From positions 1 to 37,563 of the IMG/VR virus record IMGVR_UViG_3300037657_000028: DNA of 37,563 bases. One strand, written 5' to 3'. The stretch is from a virus (Duplodnaviria; Caudoviricetes). Shown here piece after piece: positions 1 to 7,684 of this stretch; within the stretch, counting starts at the first letter, position 1; each line of letters opens with the position of its first letter. Under the pieces are notes generated by a model. It saw only the letters and a program-made list of their open reading frames with translations, was not told the origin of the DNA and searched no databases. The position numbers and the translations under genes are program-made.

Positions 1-127
1 ATGTTACAAGAGATTTTGCATATCAACAATATATCGACAAATTCACGTTTGCGGTAGAGGATCTTGAAAACAGGACTAAGGCAATTATTAAGGCCTATCA
101 AAAACTTAAAGAATGCTGTTAAAAACT
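1..127. repeat. Terminal direct repeat, left copy (identical to 37437-37563)
   Basis: Exact 127-nt match to the window end; it cuts through the YqaJ gene; length equals a common assembler k-mer, indicating a circular contig. Confidence 0.97.
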
Positions 128-128
128 C

Positions 129-158
129 TTGACAATGTGTTATTAGGCTGATAATAAT
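129..158 (+). promoter_or_regulatory. Putative sigma-70 promoter
   Basis: TTGACA at 129-134 and an imperfect -10 within TGATAATAAT, upstream of the 179 ORF. Confidence 0.55.
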
Positions 159-178
159 CTTAACAGAAAGGGGGAACA

Positions 179-367
179 ATGAAAACTATATTCATGATCT
201 ATGCAATTTTGTTTATGAAGGTCTCTTTAGTTAGAATCGAGACCGTTGACGGTGAATTGTTTTGGGCGGCACATGATATGCCTCAAGACGGATATGGAGG
301 CCATAACGGTAAGTGGTCCGAGGCTACTACAGTGCGAGAGGCAGTGTGGAATTTATATCATCGTTAA
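179..367 (+). CDS. Small hypothetical protein with hydrophobic N-terminus
   Basis: ORF with AAAGGGGG ribosome-binding site. Confidence 0.6.
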   Translation: MKTIFMIYAILFMKVSLVRIETVDGELFWAAHDMPQDGYGGHNGKWSEATTVREAVWNLYHR

Positions 368-387
368 GGAGGAAAGGGTAAGAACAC

Positions 388-744
388 ATGAAAAAAAAAT
401 TAGAAAAAGAAACAACATTTTGTGATATTTGTGGAGAAGAACAGCGATATTGTTATGTTTGTTTGAATTGCAAGATGGATTTTTGCTATGAATGCGCTCG
501 GAAGAAAGGGGTGTTATATAAAAGCAATGTTGTCTACAATTCCGGTTGTGGTGATGGTTTTTATTGCGAGAAATGTGATGCTGAACTTACAAAAACGAAT
601 GATATGCTTAACGGTGCATATCGTAAAATTCTATCATTACGAAATGAACACAAATCGTGGAACAAAGAATTTCAAAAGAGAGCTTATAATGCTGAAGCAG
701 TTTTAGTCAAATTACGTGATATGAAAAAGGAGGTGATTGAATGA
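388..744 (+). CDS. Cys-rich zinc-binding protein
   Basis: CDIC, CLNC, CYEC and CEKC motifs; purine-rich RBS. Confidence 0.75.
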   Translation: MKKKLEKETTFCDICGEEQRYCYVCLNCKMDFCYECARKKGVLYKSNVVYNSGCGDGFYCEKCDAELTKTNDMLNGAYRKILSLRNEHKSWNKEFQKRAYNAEAVLVKLRDMKKEVIE

Positions 745-974
745 AATGGAAACCGATAGCAACAGCGCCAAAAGACAGAGCCATATTATTGTATACCAAT
801 GAGCGTGGAGTAGTTCGTGGACGTTGGGAATATGACAAATATGCAAAGAATCAACGGCCATATTGGTCTAATGATTTAGAACGGATTTTTGGGAAGCTTA
901 GTTGTAGGGCAGACCAACCAACACACTGGATGCCACTACCAGAAGCGCCGTGTAATGAAAAAGGAGGTGATTGA
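741..974 (+). CDS. DUF551-like phage protein
   Basis: WKPIATAPKD ... PTHWMPLPEAP signature; AAGGAGGT RBS. Confidence 0.8.
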   Translation: MKWKPIATAPKDRAILLYTNERGVVRGRWEYDKYAKNQRPYWSNDLERIFGKLSCRADQPTHWMPLPEAPCNEKGGD

Positions 975-1100
975 ATGAAGTGTGTATGTTTAAAGTGTGA
1001 TCACAAATGGCTATCACGATGCGAATCGAAACCGTTATCTTGCCCAAATTGCAAGTCTTATACTTGGGCCGAACCTAAGAAAAAAAAGGAGAAGAAATGA
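975..1100 (+). CDS. 41-aa zinc-ribbon protein (not in ORF track)
   Basis: MKCVCLKCDHKWLSRCESKPLSCPNCKSYTWAEPKKKKEKK; AAGGAGGT RBS; ATGA overlap with next gene. Confidence 0.8.
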   Translation: MKCVCLKCDHKWLSRCESKPLSCPNCKSYTWAEPKKKKEKK

Positions 1101-1390
1101 AAGTAGGGATCGATATTTCAATTAATTTGTCAAAGATAGATAAGGCCAAGATATTTGAAGGGAAGAAGGGCAAATATCTTTTTTTCACTTCTTTTATCGA
1201 CCTTGATTCCAAAGATGAATATGGGAAATCCGGATCAGTACAACAGAAGACTTCAAAAGAGGAGCGTGATAAAAAGTTAAAACCGCCCATTGTTGGTGAC
1301 GTTAAGGTATTCTGGAGACAGGAAGAAGATTTGCCGAAACAGGAGGATTGCAAGCCACCGCAAACTCCAGATGATGATATACCGTTTTAG
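1097..1390 (+). CDS. Putative single-stranded DNA-binding protein
   Basis: Acidic C-terminal DDDIPF tail typical of SSBs; KIDKAKIFEGKKGKYL N-terminus. Confidence 0.65.
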   Translation: MKVGIDISINLSKIDKAKIFEGKKGKYLFFTSFIDLDSKDEYGKSGSVQQKTSKEERDKKLKPPIVGDVKVFWRQEEDLPKQEDCKPPQTPDDDIPF

Positions 1391-1426
1391 TTAGATTAAT
1401 ATAGTCTCTTGAAAGGAAAAAAATTA

Positions 1427-1636
1427 ATGCGAAAAGTAATAGTGAGTGAATATAAAGCAAACGGCAGTAAATGGGAAAAAAAAGAAAAAGGTGTTGCTTC
1501 ATTTCATTCTTTCGGCGTGAACTACGAACAATTTGAAGGCGGCCCAGGCCATTTTTCAACGGCGATTGTTGAATACCCAGATGGGCAAGTCGATAATGTT
1601 CCAGTAGAAATGATTCGGTTTATTGAGGATTTTTAA
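1427..1636 (+). CDS. Hypothetical phage protein
   Basis: ATG after AAAGGA; FGVNYEQFEGGPGHFSTAIVEYPDGQV resembles a common phage family. Confidence 0.75.
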   Translation: MRKVIVSEYKANGSKWEKKEKGVASFHSFGVNYEQFEGGPGHFSTAIVEYPDGQVDNVPVEMIRFIEDF

Positions 1637-1649
1637 TAGATAATGGAGG

Positions 1650-1856
1650 ATGTGTGTGGGCGTTAATGACCATAACGAAAACGAAAGATTACTAAAGCCT
1701 TGTCCTTTTTGTGGAAATAAAGCATACCGGAAGATTGAAAACTCGATTTTGACAGTTGGTTGTGAATATTGTGGTATACAATTCCATAACCATGTCAGGT
1801 ACGGGTGTGTTGCAGATGGTAAATGGGACACAAGGTCTTTAACACAACAAAATTAA
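1650..1856 (+). CDS. Lar-like (restriction alleviation) zinc-finger protein
   Basis: LKPCPFCG ... CEYC motif. Confidence 0.65.
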   Translation: MCVGVNDHNENERLLKPCPFCGNKAYRKIENSILTVGCEYCGIQFHNHVRYGCVADGKWDTRSLTQQN

Positions 1857-1867
1857 AGGAGCAAACA

Positions 1868-2044
1868 ATGCAAAAAGACAAATTTGGTTATGACACTATT
1901 ACCGTTAAAGAATTAATTGATGAATTAAAGAAAATGCCTCCTGATGCATTAGTTTATCATGAGGGCTGTGATTGCGATGGTAACGCTGATGGTGTTTGGT
2001 TTAATGAAGAAGACAACACGGTGCTTATAACGAGATCGAATTAA
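1868..2044 (+). CDS. Hypothetical protein (TVKELIDELKKMPPDA type)
   Basis: AAGGAG RBS before ATG 1868. Confidence 0.7.
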   Translation: MQKDKFGYDTITVKELIDELKKMPPDALVYHEGCDCDGNADGVWFNEEDNTVLITRSN

Positions 2045-2073
2045 TCATAAAACCCAAAGAAAGGATACCTGTA

Positions 2074-2223
2074 ATGGAACCAAAGATTTTAGAGTGCAGT
2101 TGTAGGCACGAATACCAAGATGAGCGATATGGAAAATGGAAACGTGTACACAACCCGACAGGAAGCCCAACGAAACTTACCGGGTATAGATGCACGGTGT
2201 GCGGACTTAAAAAATCAACGTGA
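2074..2223 (+). CDS. 49-aa Cys/His metal-binding protein (not in ORF track)
   Basis: MEPKILECSCRHEYQDERYGKWKRVHNPTGSPTKLTGYRCTVCGLKKST; AAAGGA RBS. Confidence 0.75.
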   Translation: MEPKILECSCRHEYQDERYGKWKRVHNPTGSPTKLTGYRCTVCGLKKST

Positions 2224-2233
2224 CGGGGGCGAT

Positions 2234-2449
2234 ATGACAGCGATGACACCAAAATACAAAATAAGCGTTACCCATTTCAGATTGCATCCGGAATTGTTGG
2301 ATGAACTGTTAAAACATCTTGATGGTCATATTTACGGTTCCTATAGTGGCCTTCCATTACATGTAGATAATGAATTAGAGTCTATGAGAGAGGCAGTTTG
2401 CGGATGGCTCGAAAAATACGGTAAACATATCACATTAAGGAATGTATAA
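2234..2449 (+). CDS. Hypothetical protein
   Basis: 3' part of the 2120 ORF; GGGGG RBS before ATG 2234. Confidence 0.6.
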   Translation: MTAMTPKYKISVTHFRLHPELLDELLKHLDGHIYGSYSGLPLHVDNELESMREAVCGWLEKYGKHITLRNV

Positions 2450-2625
2450 TGAAGGCAGAATATGATTTAAATTATGTCCGGGCCAGGAACGCCCTAATTC
2501 CATTGGCTGAAGACTCGACAAATAAGAAAGTTGGGCCGCAAACTATGCAGAATATTCGTGAATGGAATCGGGAATATTTCAAAGAAATGGACCGTTTGGC
2601 AATCGCGAAAGGATTGATCACATGA
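2449..2625 (+). CDS. 58-aa hypothetical protein (not in ORF track)
   Basis: MKAEYDLNYVRARNALIPLAE...EWNREYFKEMDRLAIAKGLIT; TAATG and ATGA coupling on both sides. Confidence 0.7.
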   Translation: MKAEYDLNYVRARNALIPLAEDSTNKKVGPQTMQNIREWNREYFKEMDRLAIAKGLIT

Positions 2626-2846
2626 ACAAAGTACAGATTATGCTTGAAGTCGATGAGCTTCCTTTTGAGGTATTGTTCGAATACGAAAAAGGGAATGTTG
2701 CCACAAGACAACAACCTGAGTCTTGTCCTTATTTGGAGATAGTTTCCATCGGTATGGATAAAGCAACATATGCAAAGTTGGTTGAGATAGCAGAAGCTAA
2801 ACTCTTGAAAATGAGGGGTGATAATGGGCTATCTGACACGATATGA
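2622..2846 (+). CDS. Hypothetical protein
   Basis: ATGA-coupled start (MNKVQIML). Confidence 0.65.
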   Translation: MNKVQIMLEVDELPFEVLFEYEKGNVATRQQPESCPYLEIVSIGMDKATYAKLVEIAEAKLLKMRGDNGLSDTI

Positions 2847-3132
2847 ATTGGAGGTATCGAATAACAAAAGCGGTATTGGGATTTTACAAGAATTCCGAGA
2901 AACTTTTGATTTATCTTATGCTATCGGTGAAGATGGGAATAGCCTCCAACCTGTAAAGTGGTACAAAAATGAAAAGAATCTATTAGAATTTTCATTAAAA
3001 TATCCAGAAGCTATTTTTAAACTAGTTGGGTACGGCGAAGATAAAGACGATATTTGGGTAAAATATTTCAAGAATGGCGACATGGAATATTTTAATGCTC
3101 GAATAGTATTTCCTAAATGTACTTTACGATAG
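2824..3132 (+). CDS. Hypothetical phage protein
   Basis: MGYLTRYEL...KWY...FSLKYPEAIFKLVGYGEDKDDIWVKYFKNG; GAGGGGT RBS. Confidence 0.75.
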   Translation: MGYLTRYELEVSNNKSGIGILQEFRETFDLSYAIGEDGNSLQPVKWYKNEKNLLEFSLKYPEAIFKLVGYGEDKDDIWVKYFKNGDMEYFNARIVFPKCTLR

Positions 3133-3141
3133 GGGGTGTGA

Positions 3142-3603
3142 ATGGCTCAATATGTTTTCGTTCCTGGGAATGTTCCATCTATGAAGGATTACAAGATCGC
3201 CAGGCAGAAAGGTATGTATATGTCAAAACGTGTAAGACGATACTTATCGAGTCTGGGGGTTTCCAAATTCGGGAGGAACGGTGTTGTTGAGATGAAAACG
3301 ATACCGCCTTTGTTTCGGGATCTTTTGTTCGATCTTGATTTTGTTGGTTCAGGACCGCTCAGAATCGGGTTCCATTTTGTGCGGAACTCAAGGCACAAGT
3401 TTGATTTTCACAATGCGGTTCACATCTTGTCTGACCTGATGGCCGCATACGGGTTTATACATGATGATTCATGCGATTATTTTGTGCCGTATCCTGTGCC
3501 GTTGAGCAGTATAAGAGATGGTATGTTCCATCTTTGTGCCGAAGAGGCTGGGTGTTATACCTACGATAAAGAAAACCCAGGCGTTTATATTATGATTTTT
3601 TGA
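3142..3603 (+). CDS. RusA-like Holliday junction resolvase
   Basis: VPGNVPS N-terminus, KFDFHN...DLM...IHDDS acidic motifs, DKENPGVYI C-terminus. Confidence 0.7.
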   Translation: MAQYVFVPGNVPSMKDYKIARQKGMYMSKRVRRYLSSLGVSKFGRNGVVEMKTIPPLFRDLLFDLDFVGSGPLRIGFHFVRNSRHKFDFHNAVHILSDLMAAYGFIHDDSCDYFVPYPVPLSSIRDGMFHLCAEEAGCYTYDKENPGVYIMIF

Positions 3604-3615
3604 AAGGATAAAGTT

Positions 3616-4044
3616 ATGGAAAGAACAATTAAAATTAATGGGCATACTTACAAGCTTGTTTTGGTGTCAAACGATGGCACACACTGGGTACAAAAATACC
3701 ACATTACGACATGTCCTCTTGGATATATCGCTGGAGAATACTGGTGCGATTGTGGTGAAATGAGCCATATTGGTTGCTGGAAATTCCTTAAGTCAATTCA
3801 GCCAGAAAAAATAAAGAAAAAGAGATATAGGCCGTACAATAACAAGGAGCTTGAGAAATTATATCAAAGTTCTACTAGGTTAACCAATACAGTGACACAC
3901 GTATTTGGTGTTGTAACTGGTATGGATCTTAACGATCAGTTGTTATTTGTCGCCGGTGCTTGGGTTGTTACAGAGATCTTAATGCGAGATTGGGTTCATG
4001 AAGATGGGACTAAATGTTGCGTGGAGTTTGTTAATAACGATTAG
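3616..4044 (+). CDS. Hypothetical protein, paralog of 4058-4510
   Basis: Shared IxING...VSxDGxHW..KYHI..CxLGYIAG...KKKxYRPYNxxELE. Confidence 0.8.
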   Translation: MERTIKINGHTYKLVLVSNDGTHWVQKYHITTCPLGYIAGEYWCDCGEMSHIGCWKFLKSIQPEKIKKKRYRPYNNKELEKLYQSSTRLTNTVTHVFGVVTGMDLNDQLLFVAGAWVVTEILMRDWVHEDGTKCCVEFVNND

Positions 4045-4057
4045 GAGGATTAAAATT

Positions 4058-4510
4058 ATGAAAAAAAGTATTCGAATTAATGGGTTGGATTGCCCACTTG
4101 TTATGGTTTCTGATGATGGGGCGCACTGGTATTATAAATATCATATTGCTAATTGTGCATTGGGATATATAGCAGGGGATTTACGTTTTGATGGGGACAA
4201 CTTCCATAATGTTTCTATTTGGAGATTAATCAAGACGAACCCGCCAGAAAAACCAAAAAAAAAGAAATACAGACCGTACAATGACGAGGAGCTTGAAAGT
4301 GTGTTTGATATTGGCGGAAAGCTTATCTCTATTGCTGGCGATGGTGCTTGCCGTCCCATATCGTATCGTGACGGTTTTCTTTATTTGGTTAACAGATGGG
4401 TAGGCCGGAGGGAACTATTGGATTGTTTTTGTCACCGAGGTGGAAGGCCATGTGGCGTGGAGGTGGGCGATGACAATCCTTACGGCGTGGAGGTGGATAA
4501 TGTTATTTGA
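4058..4510 (+). CDS. Hypothetical protein, paralog of 3616-4044
   Basis: AGGAGG RBS before ATG 4058; shared motifs. Confidence 0.8.
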   Translation: MKKSIRINGLDCPLVMVSDDGAHWYYKYHIANCALGYIAGDLRFDGDNFHNVSIWRLIKTNPPEKPKKKKYRPYNDEELESVFDIGGKLISIAGDGACRPISYRDGFLYLVNRWVGRRELLDCFCHRGGRPCGVEVGDDNPYGVEVDNVI

Positions 4511-4796
4511 CCCGATACCTTGCGCCGATAAACAAGAGCAATGGGGCTTGTCAAAAAGAGGGGAGGATTTCTATGATTTCGCGTTAAGCACAGTTATTCC
4601 CCATATTGAACAATACACGATTCCACAATACGGCGATGCTCCGGACGACCCGGTTGAAGAGTGGACGGCTCAAGATTGTGTTAGGGCTATCGCTAAATAT
4701 GCGGCCAGGTTCGGAAAAAACTCAAGAGATGGGCAAGATGGGCTTGATTTAATTAAGATTGCGCATTTTGCACAGTTGGCGTTTATAAAACTATGA
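4500..4796 (+). CDS. All-helical protein, possibly DUF3310-like or a nucleotide-modifying domain
   Basis: AIAKYAARFGK...DLIKIAHFAQ motif; GGAGGT RBS before ATG 4500. Confidence 0.5.
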   Translation: MLFDPIPCADKQEQWGLSKRGEDFYDFALSTVIPHIEQYTIPQYGDAPDDPVEEWTAQDCVRAIAKYAARFGKNSRDGQDGLDLIKIAHFAQLAFIKL

Positions 4797-4802
4797 AGGA
4801 TT

Positions 4803-4987
4803 AACCCCCGGAAGCCTCTCATGGCGAAGCTCAAATTCCGACCTGAAGAAACAGGTATCGCCGGAATGATCAGCCGGAGTGGGGGGTTCTTAAATTGAGT
4901 CACTATGGTCAAATCGGCGGTAATGCAGTGCAGGGGCTTTAGCGATAGGCCGAACGTCCGGAAGTTCGCTCATCACTGAACCATAGT
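4803..4987 (+). ncRNA. Candidate two-domain structured RNA
   Basis: Multiple nested inverted repeats in a GC-rich intergenic gap (see findings). Confidence 0.45.
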
Positions 4988-5009
4988 TAATCAAAAAGGA
5001 TGATATACA

Positions 5010-5294
5010 ATGAACCAAGAAACACGATCTAAATACGCCGATTATATAGCGGCAGGATGGCGGTATGCCATGGAAGAAACAGGCCTAAAAGAATGGCCTT
5101 CTGGAACTATCATTATCGCTAAAAGTTATTCAATACTAGCTGAAATTGATGAAATTATCGGGATAAAAATATTTGCCTGTGATATCCAAAGTCCGTTTGA
5201 TTTTTTTGTTGCGTTTCCTTCCGAATTTCAAGAGTCGTATAAATTGCAGGATGCGTTTATGGAATATCTTACGTTTGATGATTTGAAACTCTAA
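5010..5294 (+). CDS. Hypothetical protein
   Basis: AAAGGA RBS; open 94 aa. Confidence 0.7.
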   Translation: MNQETRSKYADYIAAGWRYAMEETGLKEWPSGTIIIAKSYSILAEIDEIIGIKIFACDIQSPFDFFVAFPSEFQESYKLQDAFMEYLTFDDLKL

Positions 5295-5313
5295 TTGATG
5301 TTGAGGGGGTATT

Positions 5314-5511
5314 TTGGAAGAGGAACAAACAAAACGGAGGCCGCTTGAGAATGAGCGTCTTGTGTGCCCTGTGTGCGGAAGAACGGCGGCGTATGTGGCT
5401 CATATTGTGCAGTCTGGGACTATATACTCATGGTTGTTTAATTGCCGTTGCATTAGAAACGTTAACTTTGAGCCCGATCATGTTTATGAGACGAGATATT
5501 TAAAGTATTGA
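5314..5511 (+). CDS. Zinc-finger protein, paralog of 5522-5704
   Basis: EEQTKR...CPVC...YVAH...YxWxFxCxC. Confidence 0.75.
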   Translation: MEEEQTKRRPLENERLVCPVCGRTAAYVAHIVQSGTIYSWLFNCRCIRNVNFEPDHVYETRYLKY

Positions 5512-5521
5512 GGTGATTACG

Positions 5522-5704
5522 ATGACAGAAGAACAAACCAAAAGACATCCGTTCGATTATGAACGGCCTTATTGTCCTGTATGTGATATGGGATTAATTT
5601 ACGTAGCACATCAAACCTATTCGGAAACGGTGTATGGTTGGAGTTTCGATTGTGATTGTGTGCAGACGGAAGATTTTTTACCGGATATTATTCGGGATTA
5701 TTGA
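5522..5704 (+). CDS. Zinc-finger protein, paralog of 5314-5511
   Basis: Same motifs; GAGGTG RBS. Confidence 0.75.
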   Translation: MTEEQTKRHPFDYERPYCPVCDMGLIYVAHQTYSETVYGWSFDCDCVQTEDFLPDIIRDY

Positions 5705-5722
5705 GATTGACGGTGGCGCTAA

Positions 5723-6322
5723 ATGATTTGGGTAGCAGCATTATTTGTACAACATTCTGGATGCTATACTGGACTTTACAGGGTTGAAGCGTGGACGGAA
5801 GAACGTGACGCAAGGCGATATGATGGGCCTTGGCCGGTTGTTGCGCATCCTCCTTGCCAACTATGGGGGCCAATGGCTAATGTTAACTATGCCAGATGGG
5901 GCGGAGAACATAACAGGCCCGGAAACGATGGTGGGTGTTTTAAATCAGCTCTTGAAAGTGTGAATATGTGCGGTGGAGTGCTTGAACATCCAGCTAAAAG
6001 TAGAGCGTGGGCGGAGTATGGGCTTAAAAAACCATTAGGCATAGGGTGGAGCGCCAGTAGTGACGGTTGGGTGTGTGAGGTGTGGCAATCAGCCTATGGC
6101 CATAGAGCGAATAAAGCGACATGGTTATATTATAAAGGGGAGGCGAAACCATTCGATCTTATATGGGATAGACTAAAAGGTACGCACCAAGTAGGGTTTC
6201 AAGACAAACGTGGGAAACATAAAAACAAACCGACGCTAACCAAAAAAGAGGCGAATGCAACGCCTATTCCTTTCAGGGACGTCCTCATACAACTTGCGAG
6301 GTATTCAACAGGGTTTGGTTGA
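5723..6322 (+). CDS. Compact C5-cytosine DNA methyltransferase-like protein
   Basis: VVAHPPCQ (motif IV, catalytic PC), VLEHP (motif VI ENV-like), Q..YGH...KATWLY (motif VIII-like). Confidence 0.6.
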   Translation: MIWVAALFVQHSGCYTGLYRVEAWTEERDARRYDGPWPVVAHPPCQLWGPMANVNYARWGGEHNRPGNDGGCFKSALESVNMCGGVLEHPAKSRAWAEYGLKKPLGIGWSASSDGWVCEVWQSAYGHRANKATWLYYKGEAKPFDLIWDRLKGTHQVGFQDKRGKHKNKPTLTKKEANATPIPFRDVLIQLARYSTGFG

Positions 6323-6440
6323 AAGTCGGATGACAAATTCAAACTTTTGGAATTTCAAAATCCAGATTTAAAACGGGTTAAATTGAGATGGTTTAGATTT
6401 GGTAGAAAAAAACCGAAAACGGTTTTCAGAGATTAGGATA

Positions 6441-6462
6441 CCCTCCCCACGATTGGGGAGGG
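6441..6462. terminator. GC-rich hairpin between convergent transcription units
   Basis: CCCTCCCCA-CGAT-TGGGGAGGG, 9-bp perfect stem; no clean U tract on either side. Confidence 0.55.
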
Positions 6463-6517
6463 CCTAAGAAAGGAAAAAAACAATGGATTTAAGGGGAGTG
6501 TATCCAAAAGAAGTTGT

Positions 6518-6715
6518 TTAGTAAATAGGAGGTTGCCCCCCCTGTTGCCCCCCAGGGTTATCGATTTTTTTGAGCAGTAGCGCAAGCCCGGCGTCGATGG
6601 CGGCTTGATATGATTTGATTTTACCGTCTGCTTTGAGGTGGGTGAGGCGTGCCCATGCTTTTTTATCCATGCGATAAAGGATGCTTCGGATGTCGTTTTC
6701 AGATTTTTTGATCAT
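6518..6715 (-). CDS. Putative ribbon-helix-helix DNA-binding protein
   Basis: RSILYRMDKKAWARL...SYQAAIDAGLALLL strand-helix-helix pattern; AAAGGA RBS. Confidence 0.55.
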   Translation of the reverse strand: MIKKSENDIRSILYRMDKKAWARLTHLKADGKIKSYQAAIDAGLALLLKKIDNPGGQQGGQPPIY

Positions 6716-6829
6716 GGTTTTGTATCCTTTTGTTTGTGATAGGATATATCCTGTTTGGCGGGGGATATATCTGTTTTAAGATTAAAGTGCTATAACCGCT
6801 TTTTGGCCCATGTTTTGCATAGTAGCCCC

Positions 6830-6870
6830 AAAAAATAAAAAAGGCCGAAGAGGTTTTATCCCCTACGGCC
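6830..6870 (-). terminator. Rho-independent terminator of the reverse island
   Basis: Minus strand GGCCGTAGGGG-ATAAAA-CCTCTTCGGCC followed by TTTTTTATTTTTT. Confidence 0.8.
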
Positions 6871-6902
6871 CTTGCTTTGATTTTTTAGATCGGTGCGATG
6901 GC

Positions 6903-7091
6903 TTAGATTTTTTTAAATATGCAATCGCCCCCATGTGTACATAAATAATGCTCGACCAATTCTTTTTTGGTCCTGTATGGGCTTGAGGTCACTACGTATC
7001 CTCCGGATGGATATTTGTTTGTTGGCGATTGTAGGCAGACCCAACCTTCGTTGGTTTTGCGGATGTAGATTATTTCTTTCATTTTTTTCAT
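6903..7091 (-). CDS. Small hypothetical protein
   Basis: ATGA-coupled to upstream gene; AAAGGA RBS. Confidence 0.7.
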   Translation of the reverse strand: MKKMKEIIYIRKTNEGWVCLQSPTNKYPSGGYVVTSSPYRTKKELVEHYLCTHGGDCIFKKI

Positions 7092-7198
7092 TCCTTTGTT
7101 TTGATGTTTAGTATTTTAGCGATCTTGATGATCACTTGATCGTCAGATTTACGCAAAAGATCTTCAATCCTTCGCCTCAATTTTTTGATGTCCATCAT
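7088..7198 (-). CDS. 36-aa basic helical protein (not in ORF track)
   Basis: MMDIKKLRRRIEDLLRKSDDQVIIKIAKILNIKTKE; AAGGAGGT RBS. Confidence 0.75.
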   Translation of the reverse strand: MMDIKKLRRRIEDLLRKSDDQVIIKIAKILNIKTKE

Positions 7199-7210
7199 TC
7201 CACCTCCTTT

Positions 7211-7348
7211 TTATTTTTGGCCAACAAATCCGGCACTTTCAGCCAAGGCCTTAAGATCTCCCCTAAAGTCAGGGGCAATTTTTTGGAGGTAGCGTCCCGG
7301 TTTTCTATTACCGGGGATTATAAGTTTTATATCGTAAAACTCTTTCAT
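7211..7348 (-). CDS. 45-aa hypothetical protein (not in ORF track)
   Basis: MKEFYDIKLIIPGNRKPGRYLQKIAPDFRGDLKALAESAGFVGQK; AAGGAG RBS. Confidence 0.7.
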   Translation of the reverse strand: MKEFYDIKLIIPGNRKPGRYLQKIAPDFRGDLKALAESAGFVGQK

Positions 7349-7407
7349 GTATTATACGCTCCTTGCCTTTTCTTTGCCGGACGTGAGCCCGGCGGTGGTT
7401 TTGGTTA

Positions 7408-7635
7408 TCAGATGCCGTACTCGGCCACTATCTTTGCGAGTGTGCTATCATCTACGATACCGTATATCGTGTTGACACCATACTCTTCAAACTTTGATCC
7501 GATCGCCTCTAAAAAGTCCTCATCATACAGTACCACCTCAGCATCGGAGGGGATCTCCGATACATATACGCCGTGTGACGTATCAGCTGCTAACATTGAT
7601 GATTTTCTATCTTTTGATTCTTCCGTGTAGTTCAT
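7408..7635 (-). CDS. Small acidic protein
   Basis: AAAGGAG RBS; D/E-rich 75 aa; first gene after the sigma-54-type promoter. Confidence 0.75.
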   Translation of the reverse strand: MNYTEESKDRKSSMLAADTSHGVYVSEIPSDAEVVLYDEDFLEAIGSKFEEYGVNTIYGIVDDSTLAKIVAEYGI

Positions 7636-7684
7636 GTGCTACTCCTTTTTTTGTTGGTTAACGTTTAATTTTGCCTATATATAG

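Noticed and set aside
1-127. Biological terminal repeat
   Set aside because: The 127-nt length matches an assembler k-mer and the repeat cuts mid-gene, so it is best read as a circularisation overlap.
4926-4983. tRNA gene (GTTCG and ACCA present)
   Set aside because: No acceptor stem or T-arm geometry.
6320-6436. TGA readthrough or recoding (frame stays open about 37 codons past the methyltransferase-like stop)
   Set aside because: TGA, TAA and TAG all act as stops genome-wide with normal ATGA coupling, and no suppressor tRNA was seen.
7136-7630. 164-aa plus-strand ORF
   Set aside because: Antisense shadow of RBS-supported minus-strand genes.
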